Source: an uncultured Spartobacteria bacterium
Lineage (GTDB): Bacteria; Verrucomicrobiota; Verrucomicrobiia; Chthoniobacterales; Terrimicrobiaceae
NCBI GenBank assembly: GCA_937919825.1
Contig: CALFPA010000131.1
Span: forward strand, 36,949 to 100,948
Direction: 5' to 3'
DNA length: 64,000 nucleotides
Each line of letters opens with the position of its first letter. Position 1 is the first letter of the stretch. Below are positions 18,648 to 27,806 of this stretch, one piece after another. Below the pieces are notes generated by a model, which saw nothing but the letters and a program-made list of their open reading frames with translations, did no database searches and was not told the DNA's origin. A program made the translations under genes and the position numbers.

Positions 18648-20954
18648 TCAGGCTTTCTTGAGAGCCTCGGTTTCGAGCACTTCGCGGCGAACGCTCTTTC
18701 CACGAATCCGTGAGGCCCAAAGAACCACCGGGGCGGCGACGAAGATCGAGGAGTAGGTGCCGATCGCGATGCCCATGAGAATCGCAAAGGAGAAGTCGCG
18801 CAGCACCGCGCCACCGAAGAAATAAAGCGCCCCCACGGAGAGAAGCGTGGTTCCTCCAGTGAGGATCGTGCGGCTCAGCGTTTCATTGATGCTCGTGTTC
18901 ATGAGCGACTGAATGCTTCCCCGCTCGCCGTGCATGAGACCTTCGCGGATGCGGTCGAAGACCACGATCGTGTCGTTGATGGAATAGCCGGCAATGGTGA
19001 GAATCGCACCGACCATGACGAGGGAAAGTTCGCCGCCGATCAGGGAGAAAATGCCCAGCGTGATGACGACATCGTGAATGAGAGCCACGACCGCGCCGAT
19101 AGCGAAGGAAAATTCAAAGCGAAGCGTGACATAGAAAAGAATGCCGAGCATGCCGAGGCCGAGGGCGAGCATCGCGCTTTTGGCGAATTCCATTCCGATC
19201 TGTGGCCCGACCGTGTCTTGGCCAATGACCGAGATTCCCTTGTCGGGATAGGCGGTTTGGAGTTCCTGCACGAGAGCGGGCGAGGAGCCTTGCGGAGAAC
19301 GCAGGGTGAGGTGTTCGCGGGTTCCCTCGCGCTCGTATTGAATAACCACTCCGGAGTCTTTGATCGCGCTCCGGGCTTCGGCGATGGAGATCGGCTGAGC
19401 GGACTCGAGAATCATGAGATCGCCGCCACGAAAGTCGATGCCGAGGTTTTTCTCTCCGCGGATGGCGAAGACGGCCACGGACCCGACAATCAAAAGAATC
19501 GAGAGGCCGGCGGCGAGGTGGCGCTTGCCGAGGAAGTCGATTTTTCTCGAAGGCACGAGATTCAGCATGGAGACCTTGGTGAGGCTGAATTTATCAACAA
19601 GCCAGCGGAAGGCGGTGCGGGTGAAAAGCAGCGCCGAGAACATCGAGGCAATGATGCCGACGATCAGTGTGACGGCGAAACCCTTCACGGATCCGGTAGC
19701 CTGCCAGAAGAGAATGAGCGCTGTGATGAGCGTGGTGATATTCGCATCAAAAATGGCGCTGAAGGCCTTGTCGTAGGCTCCCGTGAGGGCCGCGGTGAGA
19801 GATTTTCCGGCCTGAAGTTCCTCACGGAGGCGTTCGTAGATCAGCACATTCGCGTCCACCGCCATGCCAATCGTCAGAATGATACCGGCGATACCGGGGA
19901 GGGTCAGTGTGAAGTTGAACATCGCCATCGCCCCGAAAAGCAAAACCATGTTCAGCAAAAGCCCGACCACAGCCACAAGGCCGACGAAGCGGTAGTAAAG
20001 CATGGTGAAAATCATCACCAGCACGAGACCGGAGACACCGGCCAGCACGCCGCTCTTGATCGAGTCGGCACCGAGCGTGGGCGACACGCTGCGGGTTTCT
20101 TCGATTTGAACGGGCACCCGAAGCGGGTTTTCGAGGGCGCTTGAGAGATCGCGGGCCTCCTTGTCATCGAAATTCCCTGTGATTTGTGCGCGGCCACCGT
20201 AGTGGTCGCTTTGGAGCACGGGAGCCGAAATGACCTCGCCGTCGAGAATGATGGCCATCTGGCGGCCTTTGTTTTGGCGGGCCACCTCGTCGAAAATCGC
20301 AGCGCCCTCGGCATCGAGTTCGAGCGAGACTCCGTAGCCCTGTTGGTCGAAATAAGCGAAGGCGCGTGTCACCGACTCGCCGGTGAGGGCTGGGCGGCGT
20401 TTCACGAGAATGTCCACGGTCTCGGTTTTATTTTTTCCGGCCGTCATCGGCATGATGACCAGCGAGGGATCCATGATTTCCTCGCCGTTTTTGATTCGGT
20501 CGAGGCGGGCGGAGCCTCCGTCATCCACGATGGAAAACTCGAGTTTTGCCACGCGTTGGAGTTGGTTCTTGGCATCCTCGGTCTGCTTTGTGTCGAGGCC
20601 GGCGATCTGCACCAAGATGCGGTCACGCCCTTGCGGGGTGATGACCGGCTCGCTGACTCCGTATTGATCCACGCGCTTGCGGATGACTTCCACGGCCTGC
20701 TCCAGCAGGTCTGGGGTGATGCCATTTTCTGTCTGAGGCACCAATCGGATCAGGAACGAAGTGCCGCCCTGCAAATCCAATCCCAAGCGAATTTTTTTGT
20801 CTGGAGGAACGATCTGCTCGATGCAAAACGCGGCGAGCAACACCGTCAGCACCAAGCCGAGCCAGCGTTTCCGCGCCGGGAGGTCGCTGGCAAAATACCA
20901 GCCGAAGAGAACGAGCAAAAGCAGGCCGAAAGCAAAAGTCAGCGCGGGTGACAT
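18648..20954 (-). CDS. secDF: Protein translocase subunit SecDF (fused)
   Basis: 768 aa. SecD periplasmic domain and TM block, followed by a SecF-like second TM block (GIDFRGG..). Directly downstream of yajC. Confidence 0.93.
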   Translation of the reverse strand: MSPALTFAFGLLLLVLFGWYFASDLPARKRWLGLVLTVLLAAFCIEQIVPPDKKIRLGLDLQGGTSFLIRLVPQTENGITPDLLEQAVEVIRKRVDQYGVSEPVITPQGRDRILVQIAGLDTKQTEDAKNQLQRVAKLEFSIVDDGGSARLDRIKNGEEIMDPSLVIMPMTAGKNKTETVDILVKRRPALTGESVTRAFAYFDQQGYGVSLELDAEGAAIFDEVARQNKGRQMAIILDGEVISAPVLQSDHYGGRAQITGNFDDKEARDLSSALENPLRVPVQIEETRSVSPTLGADSIKSGVLAGVSGLVLVMIFTMLYYRFVGLVAVVGLLLNMVLLFGAMAMFNFTLTLPGIAGIILTIGMAVDANVLIYERLREELQAGKSLTAALTGAYDKAFSAIFDANITTLITALILFWQATGSVKGFAVTLIVGIIASMFSALLFTRTAFRWLVDKFSLTKVSMLNLVPSRKIDFLGKRHLAAGLSILLIVGSVAVFAIRGEKNLGIDFRGGDLMILESAQPISIAEARSAIKDSGVVIQYEREGTREHLTLRSPQGSSPALVQELQTAYPDKGISVIGQDTVGPQIGMEFAKSAMLALGLGMLGILFYVTLRFEFSFAIGAVVALIHDVVITLGIFSLIGGELSLVMVGAILTIAGYSINDTIVVFDRIREGLMHGERGSIQSLMNTSINETLSRTILTGGTTLLSVGALYFFGGAVLRDFSFAILMGIAIGTYSSIFVAAPVVLWASRIRGKSVRREVLETEALKKA

Positions 20955-20994
20955 GGTGGGATTGTTTTGATCTTAAAAAATGCCGGGCCCGAAA

Positions 20995-21336
20995 TCAGGC
21001 GGCGTTTTCGCTGGAGGATGCCTCGATCGTGACGATGGCCGCACGATCGAACTCGACCTTCACATTGTCGGCGATTTTCACGATGACGGTCTTGTCCTTC
21101 ACATTTGAAATCACACCGTGGATGCCGGCATTGGTCACCACCGAGTCGCCGGTTTTAAGGGCCGAGACGAGCTTGGCGTGGTCCTTGGCTTTCTTCTGTT
21201 GAGGACGAATGAGGAGGAAGTAGAAAATGATGAAGATGAAAACCAAAGGCATCATCGACATGAAGACATTCGGTTGCTGAGGAGCGCCGGCGGGAGCGGC
21301 TGCTTGGGCTAAAAGAAGGAGATTGGCTATGTTCAT
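20995..21336 (-). CDS. yajC: Preprotein translocase subunit YajC
   Basis: 113 aa. Contains FIIFYFLLIRPQQKKAKDHAKLVSALKTGDSVVTNAGIHGVI, the YajC signature. Confidence 0.9.
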   Translation of the reverse strand: MNIANLLLLAQAAAPAGAPQQPNVFMSMMPLVFIFIIFYFLLIRPQQKKAKDHAKLVSALKTGDSVVTNAGIHGVISNVKDKTVIVKIADNVKVEFDRAAIVTIEASSSENAA

Positions 21337-21435
21337 AAATGAGCCGTGGAGACTATCGGCGGCGAATATCTTGGCAAGACCGATCGCCGCGCTTTCGGCT
21401 TGCCCCTCCGTTCGTTCGTGTCGATTGATGGCGTC

Positions 21436-22134
21436 ATGAAATTTTGGATGGTCGCGGTTTTTCTCTTGGGGTTTTCAGTCGTTCGGGCAGAGGTCGGGCG
21501 GGAATACATTTTGCTCAGCGGCGGGCCGTCACTTGAAGAGTGGGAAAAATACAAAGCCGAGCCACACGACCGCTGGTGGGGGAATTTCATCCGAGCTGCC
21601 CGCGTTCGCATTCAGGAGATTCAAAAGAAAACCCCCGGCGCCCGGATCACCTGGCTCGTCCACCGCCCCAGCTACCAGCGCCGGGGCCTGCGCCAAGATA
21701 AGAGCGACATCCTCGGAAACATCACTTCAGTCCGCGACAAATACGGGGTCAACCTCGTGTGGTTCGACCAAGGCCAGGAGGTCATCGACTACCTCAACCA
21801 GGGAAAACCCCGCGACCGCGTGAAGATTTCCAATTTCGAATTCTACGGCCACTCGAACCGTGCTTGTTTCATGTTCGACTACAGCAATGAGATCGACAGT
21901 GGGTCCAAAAGCTGGCTCCACGAAAACGAACTTTCCCGCATTCATCGAGGCCTTTTTACCCGCGACGCCTTCATCAAAAGCTGGGGCTGCCACTCGGGCG
22001 AGAGCATGACCAAAAAATGGCGCCGCGCCACCGGCAAGAAGATGATCGGAGCGATCGGCAAGACGGATTACGCCTACGGACACCTCCGCAACTGGGTCCC
22101 CGGCCTCTCCCAAGGCAGCCGCTGGGGCGGGTAG
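21436..22134 (+). CDS. Secreted hypothetical protein
   Basis: ORF 21346..22134 trimmed to ATG 21436. Signal peptide MKFWMVAVFLLGFSVVRAEV. Contains YGHSNR and GCHSGES motifs of unknown meaning. Confidence 0.55.
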   Translation: MKFWMVAVFLLGFSVVRAEVGREYILLSGGPSLEEWEKYKAEPHDRWWGNFIRAARVRIQEIQKKTPGARITWLVHRPSYQRRGLRQDKSDILGNITSVRDKYGVNLVWFDQGQEVIDYLNQGKPRDRVKISNFEFYGHSNRACFMFDYSNEIDSGSKSWLHENELSRIHRGLFTRDAFIKSWGCHSGESMTKKWRRATGKKMIGAIGKTDYAYGHLRNWVPGLSQGSRWGG

Positions 22135-22187
22135 GGGAGGCTCGCCGAGCGGACCGCCTCTCGCGGCGAAGCCGTTTTGGCATTAAA

Positions 22188-22350
22188 CCCGAATCCAGCA
22201 GAATTAACCACAGAGGACACAGAGATCACGGAGGGGGAATGAATTACCCAGAATCGCCTAGGATCGTTTTGTTCGATCCATTGCTTTCAGAACCAACTCC
22301 TGAGAATTTTTTTCATCCTGTCCTTCAGTTTAAAAATCCGTATTCGGGTT
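22188..22350 (+). repeat. About 160-bp extragenic repeat element, copy A
   Basis: Alignable along its whole length with 45454-45607, same orientation. Shared blocks: gaatccag.agaattaaccac.gaggacacagaga.cac.gaggg and taaaaatccgt.ttcggg. The ends form a 9-bp terminal inverted repeat (aacccgaat/attcgggtt). The internal hairpin has different sequence in the two copies. Confidence 0.8.
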
Positions 22351-22669
22351 CAAGAAACAGGCCATCGGTCCTGTTTCATATTGCCGGATATTCTGAATAT
22401 ATCTCGCCATATTGAAATGGTCGGGAAAGTTCCATTTGCATCAAGTCTTCCAGTGTTCTCCGCACGAGGTCTGGCTTGCACTGGATGGCAAGGCGCGGGG
22501 TCCCAAATCAGACTCCCTGGCGCTCCGGATCGTCCCATTCAGCGGAGACGTCCTGTGCGAGGGAATGGAGGAGCATTTGATCGAGGGGTTGACGATGAAA
22601 ATGAACAACCTGCCAAAGGCAGCGTGAAGATTACTTTCCGCTGCCCGGCGGCGTTGAAATGACGAATCC

Positions 22670-22693
22670 GGACCTGACAAGCAGGTCCCTCCT
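22670..22693. repeat. Short GC-rich hairpin repeat (GG-N2CTG-ACAAG-CAGN2-CCCTCCT family), copy 3
   Basis: ggacctgacaagcaggtccctcct. Stem GGACCTG/CAGGTCC, loop ACAAG. Lies immediately 3' of the nuoF stop on the other strand. Related copies at 35134-35157 and 35186-35209. Confidence 0.8.
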
Positions 22694-22698
22694 GAGGG

Positions 22699-24039
22699 TT
22701 ACTTCACCCGCTTTTCGAATTCGTCGGGGAATTTGGCGAGGAAGCTTTGGGTGGGCCAAGAGCACGCTTCACCGAAAGCACAGACGGTGCGGCCGGCGAT
22801 GTTGTCGGCGATGTTTTTCAGATTCTTCGCGTCGTCGTGGCGGGCTCCCTCGTCGATGATGCGGGTGGTGACTTTCGACATCCACAGGCTGCCTTCGCGG
22901 CAGGGGGTGCATTGGCCGCAGCTCTCGTGGGCGTAGAATTGATTGAGGTTGTTGAGCGCCCAAACCATGTCGCGCGAGTCGTCCATGATCATCACGCCAC
23001 CGCTACCGACCATCGTGCCGGCGGCTTGGAGCGTGGAGGCGTCCATCACCAAATCCAGAAGCGGGACATCTTTTTCCACCATCTGGCCATCGGCGCCCTT
23101 GACCTTCATTTTGAAAGTCTCACCCGCGCGGAGGACCTTGGCGGAACTGCCGCCGGGGATGACCGCTTTGAGGGTGCGTCCGGGTTTGAGACCGCCGCAG
23201 ACATCGTTGATGAGTTCGCCGAGGGTGACGCCGCCGCAGGGGATTTCGTAGAAACCGGGACGCTGGACATCGCCGCTCACGCACATGGTGCGGGTGCCGC
23301 CGTCGCCTGGTGTTCCCATTTTGGCGTATTCCTCAGGGCCCATCGCGAGGATGTGCTTCACATGGCAGATCGTCTCCACATTGTTGACGATCGTGGGCTT
23401 CATGTAGAGGCCGAGGACGGCTGGAAAGTAGGGCGGCTTGATGCGGGGGTAGGGGCGTTTGCCCTCGAGGGATTCGAGGAGGCTGGTCTCTTCGCCGCAG
23501 ATGTAAGCGCCGGCGCCTTGGTGGACATAGATGTCGAGGTCGAAGCCAGTGCCGAGGATGTTTTTACCAAGGAAACCCTTGGCTTTTGCTTCCTTGATGG
23601 CTTCCCAAACGATCTTCGCGGCCTTGGGAAATTCGCAGCGGATGTAGATGTAGGAAAGGTGGACATTCGTGGCGAAGGCGGCGATGGCGAGGCCTTCGAT
23701 CAACTGGTGCGGATCCTGGTGCAGGATGTAGCGGTCCTTAAATGTGCCAGGCTCGGATTCGTCGGCATTGACGACGATGTAGTGGGGCTTGCCGTCGTCG
23801 TATTTGATGAAGCTCCACTTGGCGCCGGCGGGAAATCCCGCGCCGCCGCGTCCGCGGAGGTTGGCGGCTTTCACCATGTCGATGATCTCGTTCGGCTTCA
23901 TGCCGAGTGCCTTTTTCAGGGACTCGTAACCGCCGTGGGCGAGGTAGGTCTCGATGTCCGGAGAGTAACCGGGCTTGGAAATGTTGCCGAAGATGATGCG
24001 GCGTTCCTTCGGGTGAGGAGTGGGCAGGAGCGAGACCAT
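22699..24039 (-). CDS. nuoF: NADH-quinone oxidoreductase subunit F (51-kDa, FMN/NADH-binding)
   Basis: Contains GRGGAGFPAGAKWSF, ADESEPGTFKDR and the N3 4Fe-4S motif ESCGQCTPCREG. Confidence 0.95.
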   Translation of the reverse strand: MVSLLPTPHPKERRIIFGNISKPGYSPDIETYLAHGGYESLKKALGMKPNEIIDMVKAANLRGRGGAGFPAGAKWSFIKYDDGKPHYIVVNADESEPGTFKDRYILHQDPHQLIEGLAIAAFATNVHLSYIYIRCEFPKAAKIVWEAIKEAKAKGFLGKNILGTGFDLDIYVHQGAGAYICGEETSLLESLEGKRPYPRIKPPYFPAVLGLYMKPTIVNNVETICHVKHILAMGPEEYAKMGTPGDGGTRTMCVSGDVQRPGFYEIPCGGVTLGELINDVCGGLKPGRTLKAVIPGGSSAKVLRAGETFKMKVKGADGQMVEKDVPLLDLVMDASTLQAAGTMVGSGGVMIMDDSRDMVWALNNLNQFYAHESCGQCTPCREGSLWMSKVTTRIIDEGARHDDAKNLKNIADNIAGRTVCAFGEACSWPTQSFLAKFPDEFEKRVK

Positions 24040-24040
24040 A

Positions 24041-24577
24041 TTATTTGTAGGATTCCACGAGGGAGGGGATCTCGGAGGTTTTGATGTTTTCCACGAGGTC
24101 GTCGTTGATCAGGGCGACGGGAGCGGAGCCACAGCTGGCGAGGCACTCGACGAATTCGACGCTGAACTTGCCGTCGGCGGTGGTGGGTGGCGCATGACCG
24201 AATCCGTGGTGTTCGCAGTCGGGGTTGAGACCGACGGCTTGGCAGAATTTATCCTTCACCTCGTAGCTTCCGGCAAGGGCGCAGGCGAGGGTGCGGCAGA
24301 CGCGGATGATGGTTTTTCCAGCCTGCTCGCGGCGGAACCAGGGATAGAAAGTGACAAGCTCGATGATATTCACCGGCGTGAGGTCGAGCCGGGCGGCGAT
24401 CCACTCCATGGCGGAGTCGTCAATGAATCCAAAGTGGTTTTGCCACAAATGGAGGAGCGGCAGCGACGCACTGCGTTTGGAAACAGGATAGTGGGAAACG
24501 AGTTCATCGGCCTCGGCGACGAACTCGGCTGAAAGGGAGTCCGCTTGGCGCGTCAAGGATTCGGTCATGGCGCGCAT
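24041..24577 (-). CDS. nuoE: NADH-quinone oxidoreductase subunit E (24-kDa, 2Fe-2S)
   Basis: 178 aa. Cys pattern VCRTLACAL ... CLASCGSAP, typical of the NuoE thioredoxin-like 2Fe-2S fold. 1-nt gap to nuoF. Start could be ATG 24577 or 24568. Confidence 0.9.
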   Translation of the reverse strand: MRAMTESLTRQADSLSAEFVAEADELVSHYPVSKRSASLPLLHLWQNHFGFIDDSAMEWIAARLDLTPVNIIELVTFYPWFRREQAGKTIIRVCRTLACALAGSYEVKDKFCQAVGLNPDCEHHGFGHAPPTTADGKFSVEFVECLASCGSAPVALINDDLVENIKTSEIPSLVESYK

Positions 24578-24686
24578 TTATCGGCGGTCGGGCGCGTGGC
24601 CTCAATGAAAAAACACATCCTCGATGTTTGCGGGTTTGAAAAAAATCGGCTTGTCGGCTTGAGGGGACGGTCTCATTTTTGCCGGC

Positions 24687-25121
24687 ATGATTCCCTTTTT
24701 GATCGCTGGTGGATCCGTTCTCACCACTCTTGTCGCTCCGGAGCCAGTCGATTTAAACAACCACACACTTCTTGGTGTGAAAGTGAAGGCCAAGGAAGTG
24801 GTGGCCCGCAACATGTGGGGCACGCCCATGATGCCCGATGGCAAGGGAAGCTACAGCCTCATCGAGCCGCCCGATCCGGTCTTGATCGAGCGCAGCCTGA
24901 TCCAACCTCCGAAGACGGATGCTCCAATCTATCATCCGGACAAACCCTATCCGCTGGCCTCGCAGGCCAACGCTGTCGAAGAAAATCCCGTGCCGGTCGT
25001 GGAGCCATCGGTCCCCGTTATTGAATCCGCCGCGATTGAAGAGGTGGAGCCTTCCGAGGAGCCGGCGGCTTTCGAGGAGCCAGCGGCGGAAACCTCAGCC
25101 GAGCCTGCACCAGAGCCTTAG
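24687..25121 (+). CDS. Hypothetical membrane-anchored protein with Pro/Glu-rich tail
   Basis: 144 aa. N-terminal hydrophobic segment MIPFLIAGGSVLTTLVA. C-terminal low-complexity stretch EEVEPSEEPAAFEEPAAETSAEPAPEP. Confidence 0.45.
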   Translation: MIPFLIAGGSVLTTLVAPEPVDLNNHTLLGVKVKAKEVVARNMWGTPMMPDGKGSYSLIEPPDPVLIERSLIQPPKTDAPIYHPDKPYPLASQANAVEENPVPVVEPSVPVIESAAIEEVEPSEEPAAFEEPAAETSAEPAPEP

Positions 25122-25170
25122 TGTTTTCCTCGCCTCGGATGACGCCATCCGGCAGGAAAACTAAAACTCC

Positions 25171-26448
25171 GTGAGTTCGAAAACCTGTCCAGCGGGATCG
25201 TTCAATATCCATTGGTTCAATCTGATGAACGCCGTGTCGTTCCAGATCATCCTGGGAGCGCCGCTGATTCTTTACGCGAAAAGCATCGGGGCGAGTTCCA
25301 CCATCATCGGAGTCCTTGCCGCGTTCACGCCCATCATGACGATGCTCCAATGGCCTGCGGCGAAATACCTCCATGTTTACGGCTACAAAAGATTCGTCCT
25401 CACCGGTTGGAGTCTTCGCTTGGTCTTTGTGTTTGTGGTTTCGTTGGTGCCTTTGTTGGGGTTTCTCGATTCCGCGAGCAAGCTCGTGCTGCTGGTCCTC
25501 TCGCTCTTTGTTTTTAATACCCTTCGTGGGATCGCTTCGGCGGCGTGGATGCCATGGATCACGGGGCTGATTCCTGATGAGGCCCGGGCGGCGTTTCTCT
25601 CCCGGGACCAAGTCGCGATGTTTGTCGGCTCGCTGATTTCGCTTTTTCTCTCCTCGCTCCTGCTCAGCGGCGAGGTGTCTCCCGGGGAGTATTCGTTGGT
25701 TTTTTTCGTGAGTGCGCTGGCGGGTCTCGCCTCTTTGGTTTTCATCAAAAAAATCCCGGAGGTGTCCGCCGGGGAGGATTTGGTCATGACCTCGCACGCG
25801 GTGCCGTGGCGCGAGATTTTTTTCTATCCGCCGTTCTTTGCGCTGATGATTTTCAATCTGCTGTTCGTTCTCGTGGTCGGAAGTCTTGGGGTTTTCACGG
25901 TCGAATACCTCCACGAATTTCCCGACTTTGATGTCTCACAGGTTCTCACTCTCACGGGGATTTCCTTTCTCGGTTCGCTGACGGCTCTGAGTTTTGTGAG
26001 TTATCTCGTGGATCGCCATGGAGCGAAGCCGGTGCTGGGCCTCTCGCTGTGCGTGATCAGTCTGGTCATTGCCGGTTGGTTTCTTGTCGCGGCCGGGGTG
26101 CTGCCTTGCTCGAAGCGGCTGATCGGCGGGCTGAATTTCGCCTCCGGCATGGCTGGGGCCGCCTTCAATGTCGCGAATGGCCGGCTCGCCATGGCGACGA
26201 TGCCCGTGATGGGGCGGAATCATTTCTTCGCTCTGTTTTCCGTGATCACGAGCTTGGGGCTGGGTGCGGCGCCGGTCGCGTGGGGGATCTCGCTCGATAT
26301 GATCGGAACCTTTGAGGTGATTACCGGCGACTTCAACTGGAAGCGGCACAGCATCTACTTCGCGGTGCTTTTCGGGCTGAATATTTTCACCATCCTGCAA
26401 ACGCGCCGCCTGCACGAAAAGCCCATCGAAAACCTCGGCAACGCGTAA
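25171..26448 (+). CDS. MFS transporter
   Basis: 425 aa with about 12 hydrophobic segments. GTG start at 25171 is needed to include TM1. Substrate unknown. Confidence 0.75.
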   Translation: MSSKTCPAGSFNIHWFNLMNAVSFQIILGAPLILYAKSIGASSTIIGVLAAFTPIMTMLQWPAAKYLHVYGYKRFVLTGWSLRLVFVFVVSLVPLLGFLDSASKLVLLVLSLFVFNTLRGIASAAWMPWITGLIPDEARAAFLSRDQVAMFVGSLISLFLSSLLLSGEVSPGEYSLVFFVSALAGLASLVFIKKIPEVSAGEDLVMTSHAVPWREIFFYPPFFALMIFNLLFVLVVGSLGVFTVEYLHEFPDFDVSQVLTLTGISFLGSLTALSFVSYLVDRHGAKPVLGLSLCVISLVIAGWFLVAAGVLPCSKRLIGGLNFASGMAGAAFNVANGRLAMATMPVMGRNHFFALFSVITSLGLGAAPVAWGISLDMIGTFEVITGDFNWKRHSIYFAVLFGLNIFTILQTRRLHEKPIENLGNA

Positions 26449-26453
26449 TCGCC

Positions 26454-26882
26454 TTACCCCAGGCCCTTCGCCACTTGAGCGCCGGCGTAGGCGAATCCCA
26501 CGCACCACGGCACCGCTCCGAGCGAGAGGGTCAGCGCGGCTTTCCAGGATTTCTCGCCAAGCGCGATGGCCAGCACACAACCCGCCTGGGGGCCGATCGT
26601 CACCGGAGCCAGCAGGCCGAGGCCGGGCAGACCGAAGCGAGACCAGACTTTCCAGATGAAGAGATCGGGATTTCGCTCGAGGGGGATTTTGAGTTTCCGA
26701 GCCACCCAATTTCGAAGTGGTTCCCCGGCAAAAATCATGACCCACGCGCCGGCGGAGTAGCCGCACCAGGCGATGAATGCCGAGGTCCAGGCGGACAATC
26801 CGGCGGCCATCCCGGCGGGCACAGCCCCGACGAGGTAAAAAAATCCGAAGCCCAGAACGGTGCCGATCGCGAGGGGGTTCAT
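26454..26882 (-). CDS. Small integral membrane protein, hypothetical
   Basis: ORF 26454..26996 trimmed to ATG 26882 (MNPLAIGTVLGFGFFYLVGAVPAG). About 4 TM segments. Its start overlaps the stop of the upstream HAD gene (ATGA). Confidence 0.55.
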   Translation of the reverse strand: MNPLAIGTVLGFGFFYLVGAVPAGMAAGLSAWTSAFIAWCGYSAGAWVMIFAGEPLRNWVARKLKIPLERNPDLFIWKVWSRFGLPGLGLLAPVTIGPQAGCVLAIALGEKSWKAALTLSLGAVPWCVGFAYAGAQVAKGLG

Positions 26883-27619
26883 TCCGCAGAATTTTCCGCC
26901 GGCCAGGCGGCGAGGAATTCCAGGACTTGGGCAGGAGATTCGAAGAGATAATCCGGCGCGGCCTCCTCCAGGGCGGATCGGCTGTTGTAGCCCCAAGTCA
27001 CCGCTGCGATGTGGACTCCCGTCTCCTGGGCCGCCTCGATGTCGCGGATCTCGTCACCGATCATCAAAATCTCGCGGGGCTGGAGCTGGCGTTTTTTCAT
27101 CAGCTTTCGCAGGACCGAGCTTTTGCCGAGGAGCTTGGAGGAACTCTCGATGAAATCGAACAACTCGAGCTGATGTTTTTTCAGAAACGCGCGGACATTT
27201 TCCTCGGAGTTCGAGGTGAGGATGCCGAGGTGGAATCCGGCGGCGTGGAGCTGGCGGACCATTTCGGGCACTCCCTCGAAGCTTTGCACGGAATCGATCC
27301 GCTTGCCGATTTCCTCGGTGCCGCGCTTCGAGATTTTGTGGAGTTTCATGCGCGAGATGCCGAGGTGCTTCATGAGCCCGGAGGTCGAGAGGTCGCGGGC
27401 GTATTGCAAGTCGCCGTGCGGCAGCGGGCGGAAGCCGAATTCCACGGCAAGGATATTTAAAATCTCGAAGCCCTGCAGGAAGGTGTCGCCGAGCGTGCCG
27501 TCGAAATCGAACAGCACATAGCGCGGGGAGTTTTGCAAGGGCCCGGCGGCTCCCACGCGGCGTCGGCCACCCCGAAGAACAAAGCGCGCCAGGCGTTTAA
27601 CTCGGGAGCGCTTTTTCAT
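26879..27619 (-). CDS. HAD-superfamily hydrolase (phosphoglycolate-phosphatase-like)
   Basis: Contains VLFDFDGTLGDT (motif I), GILTSNS (motif II) and MIGDEIRDIEAA (motif IV). The basic 30-aa N-terminal extension makes the start uncertain. An in-frame TTG lies closer to motif I. Confidence 0.8.
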   Translation of the reverse strand: MKKRSRVKRLARFVLRGGRRRVGAAGPLQNSPRYVLFDFDGTLGDTFLQGFEILNILAVEFGFRPLPHGDLQYARDLSTSGLMKHLGISRMKLHKISKRGTEEIGKRIDSVQSFEGVPEMVRQLHAAGFHLGILTSNSEENVRAFLKKHQLELFDFIESSSKLLGKSSVLRKLMKKRQLQPREILMIGDEIRDIEAAQETGVHIAAVTWGYNSRSALEEAAPDYLFESPAQVLEFLAAWPAENSAE

Positions 27620-27806
27620 GGGTAAAAACCAAAAACGGAGGGCATTGGGTCAGGAGTCGCCATGCAAGGATGCCGAAGGGTAGGGCAGCGCCCAACAAAG
27701 GCCAACTTTTCGTTTGCCGGGTTTTTCTCGGGCGGATGGCTCGGAAAATCCTCTCCACCCTCTCCACCAGCGGCACCAGCAGCCGAAATAGCGCCCGCCG
27801 ATCAGC

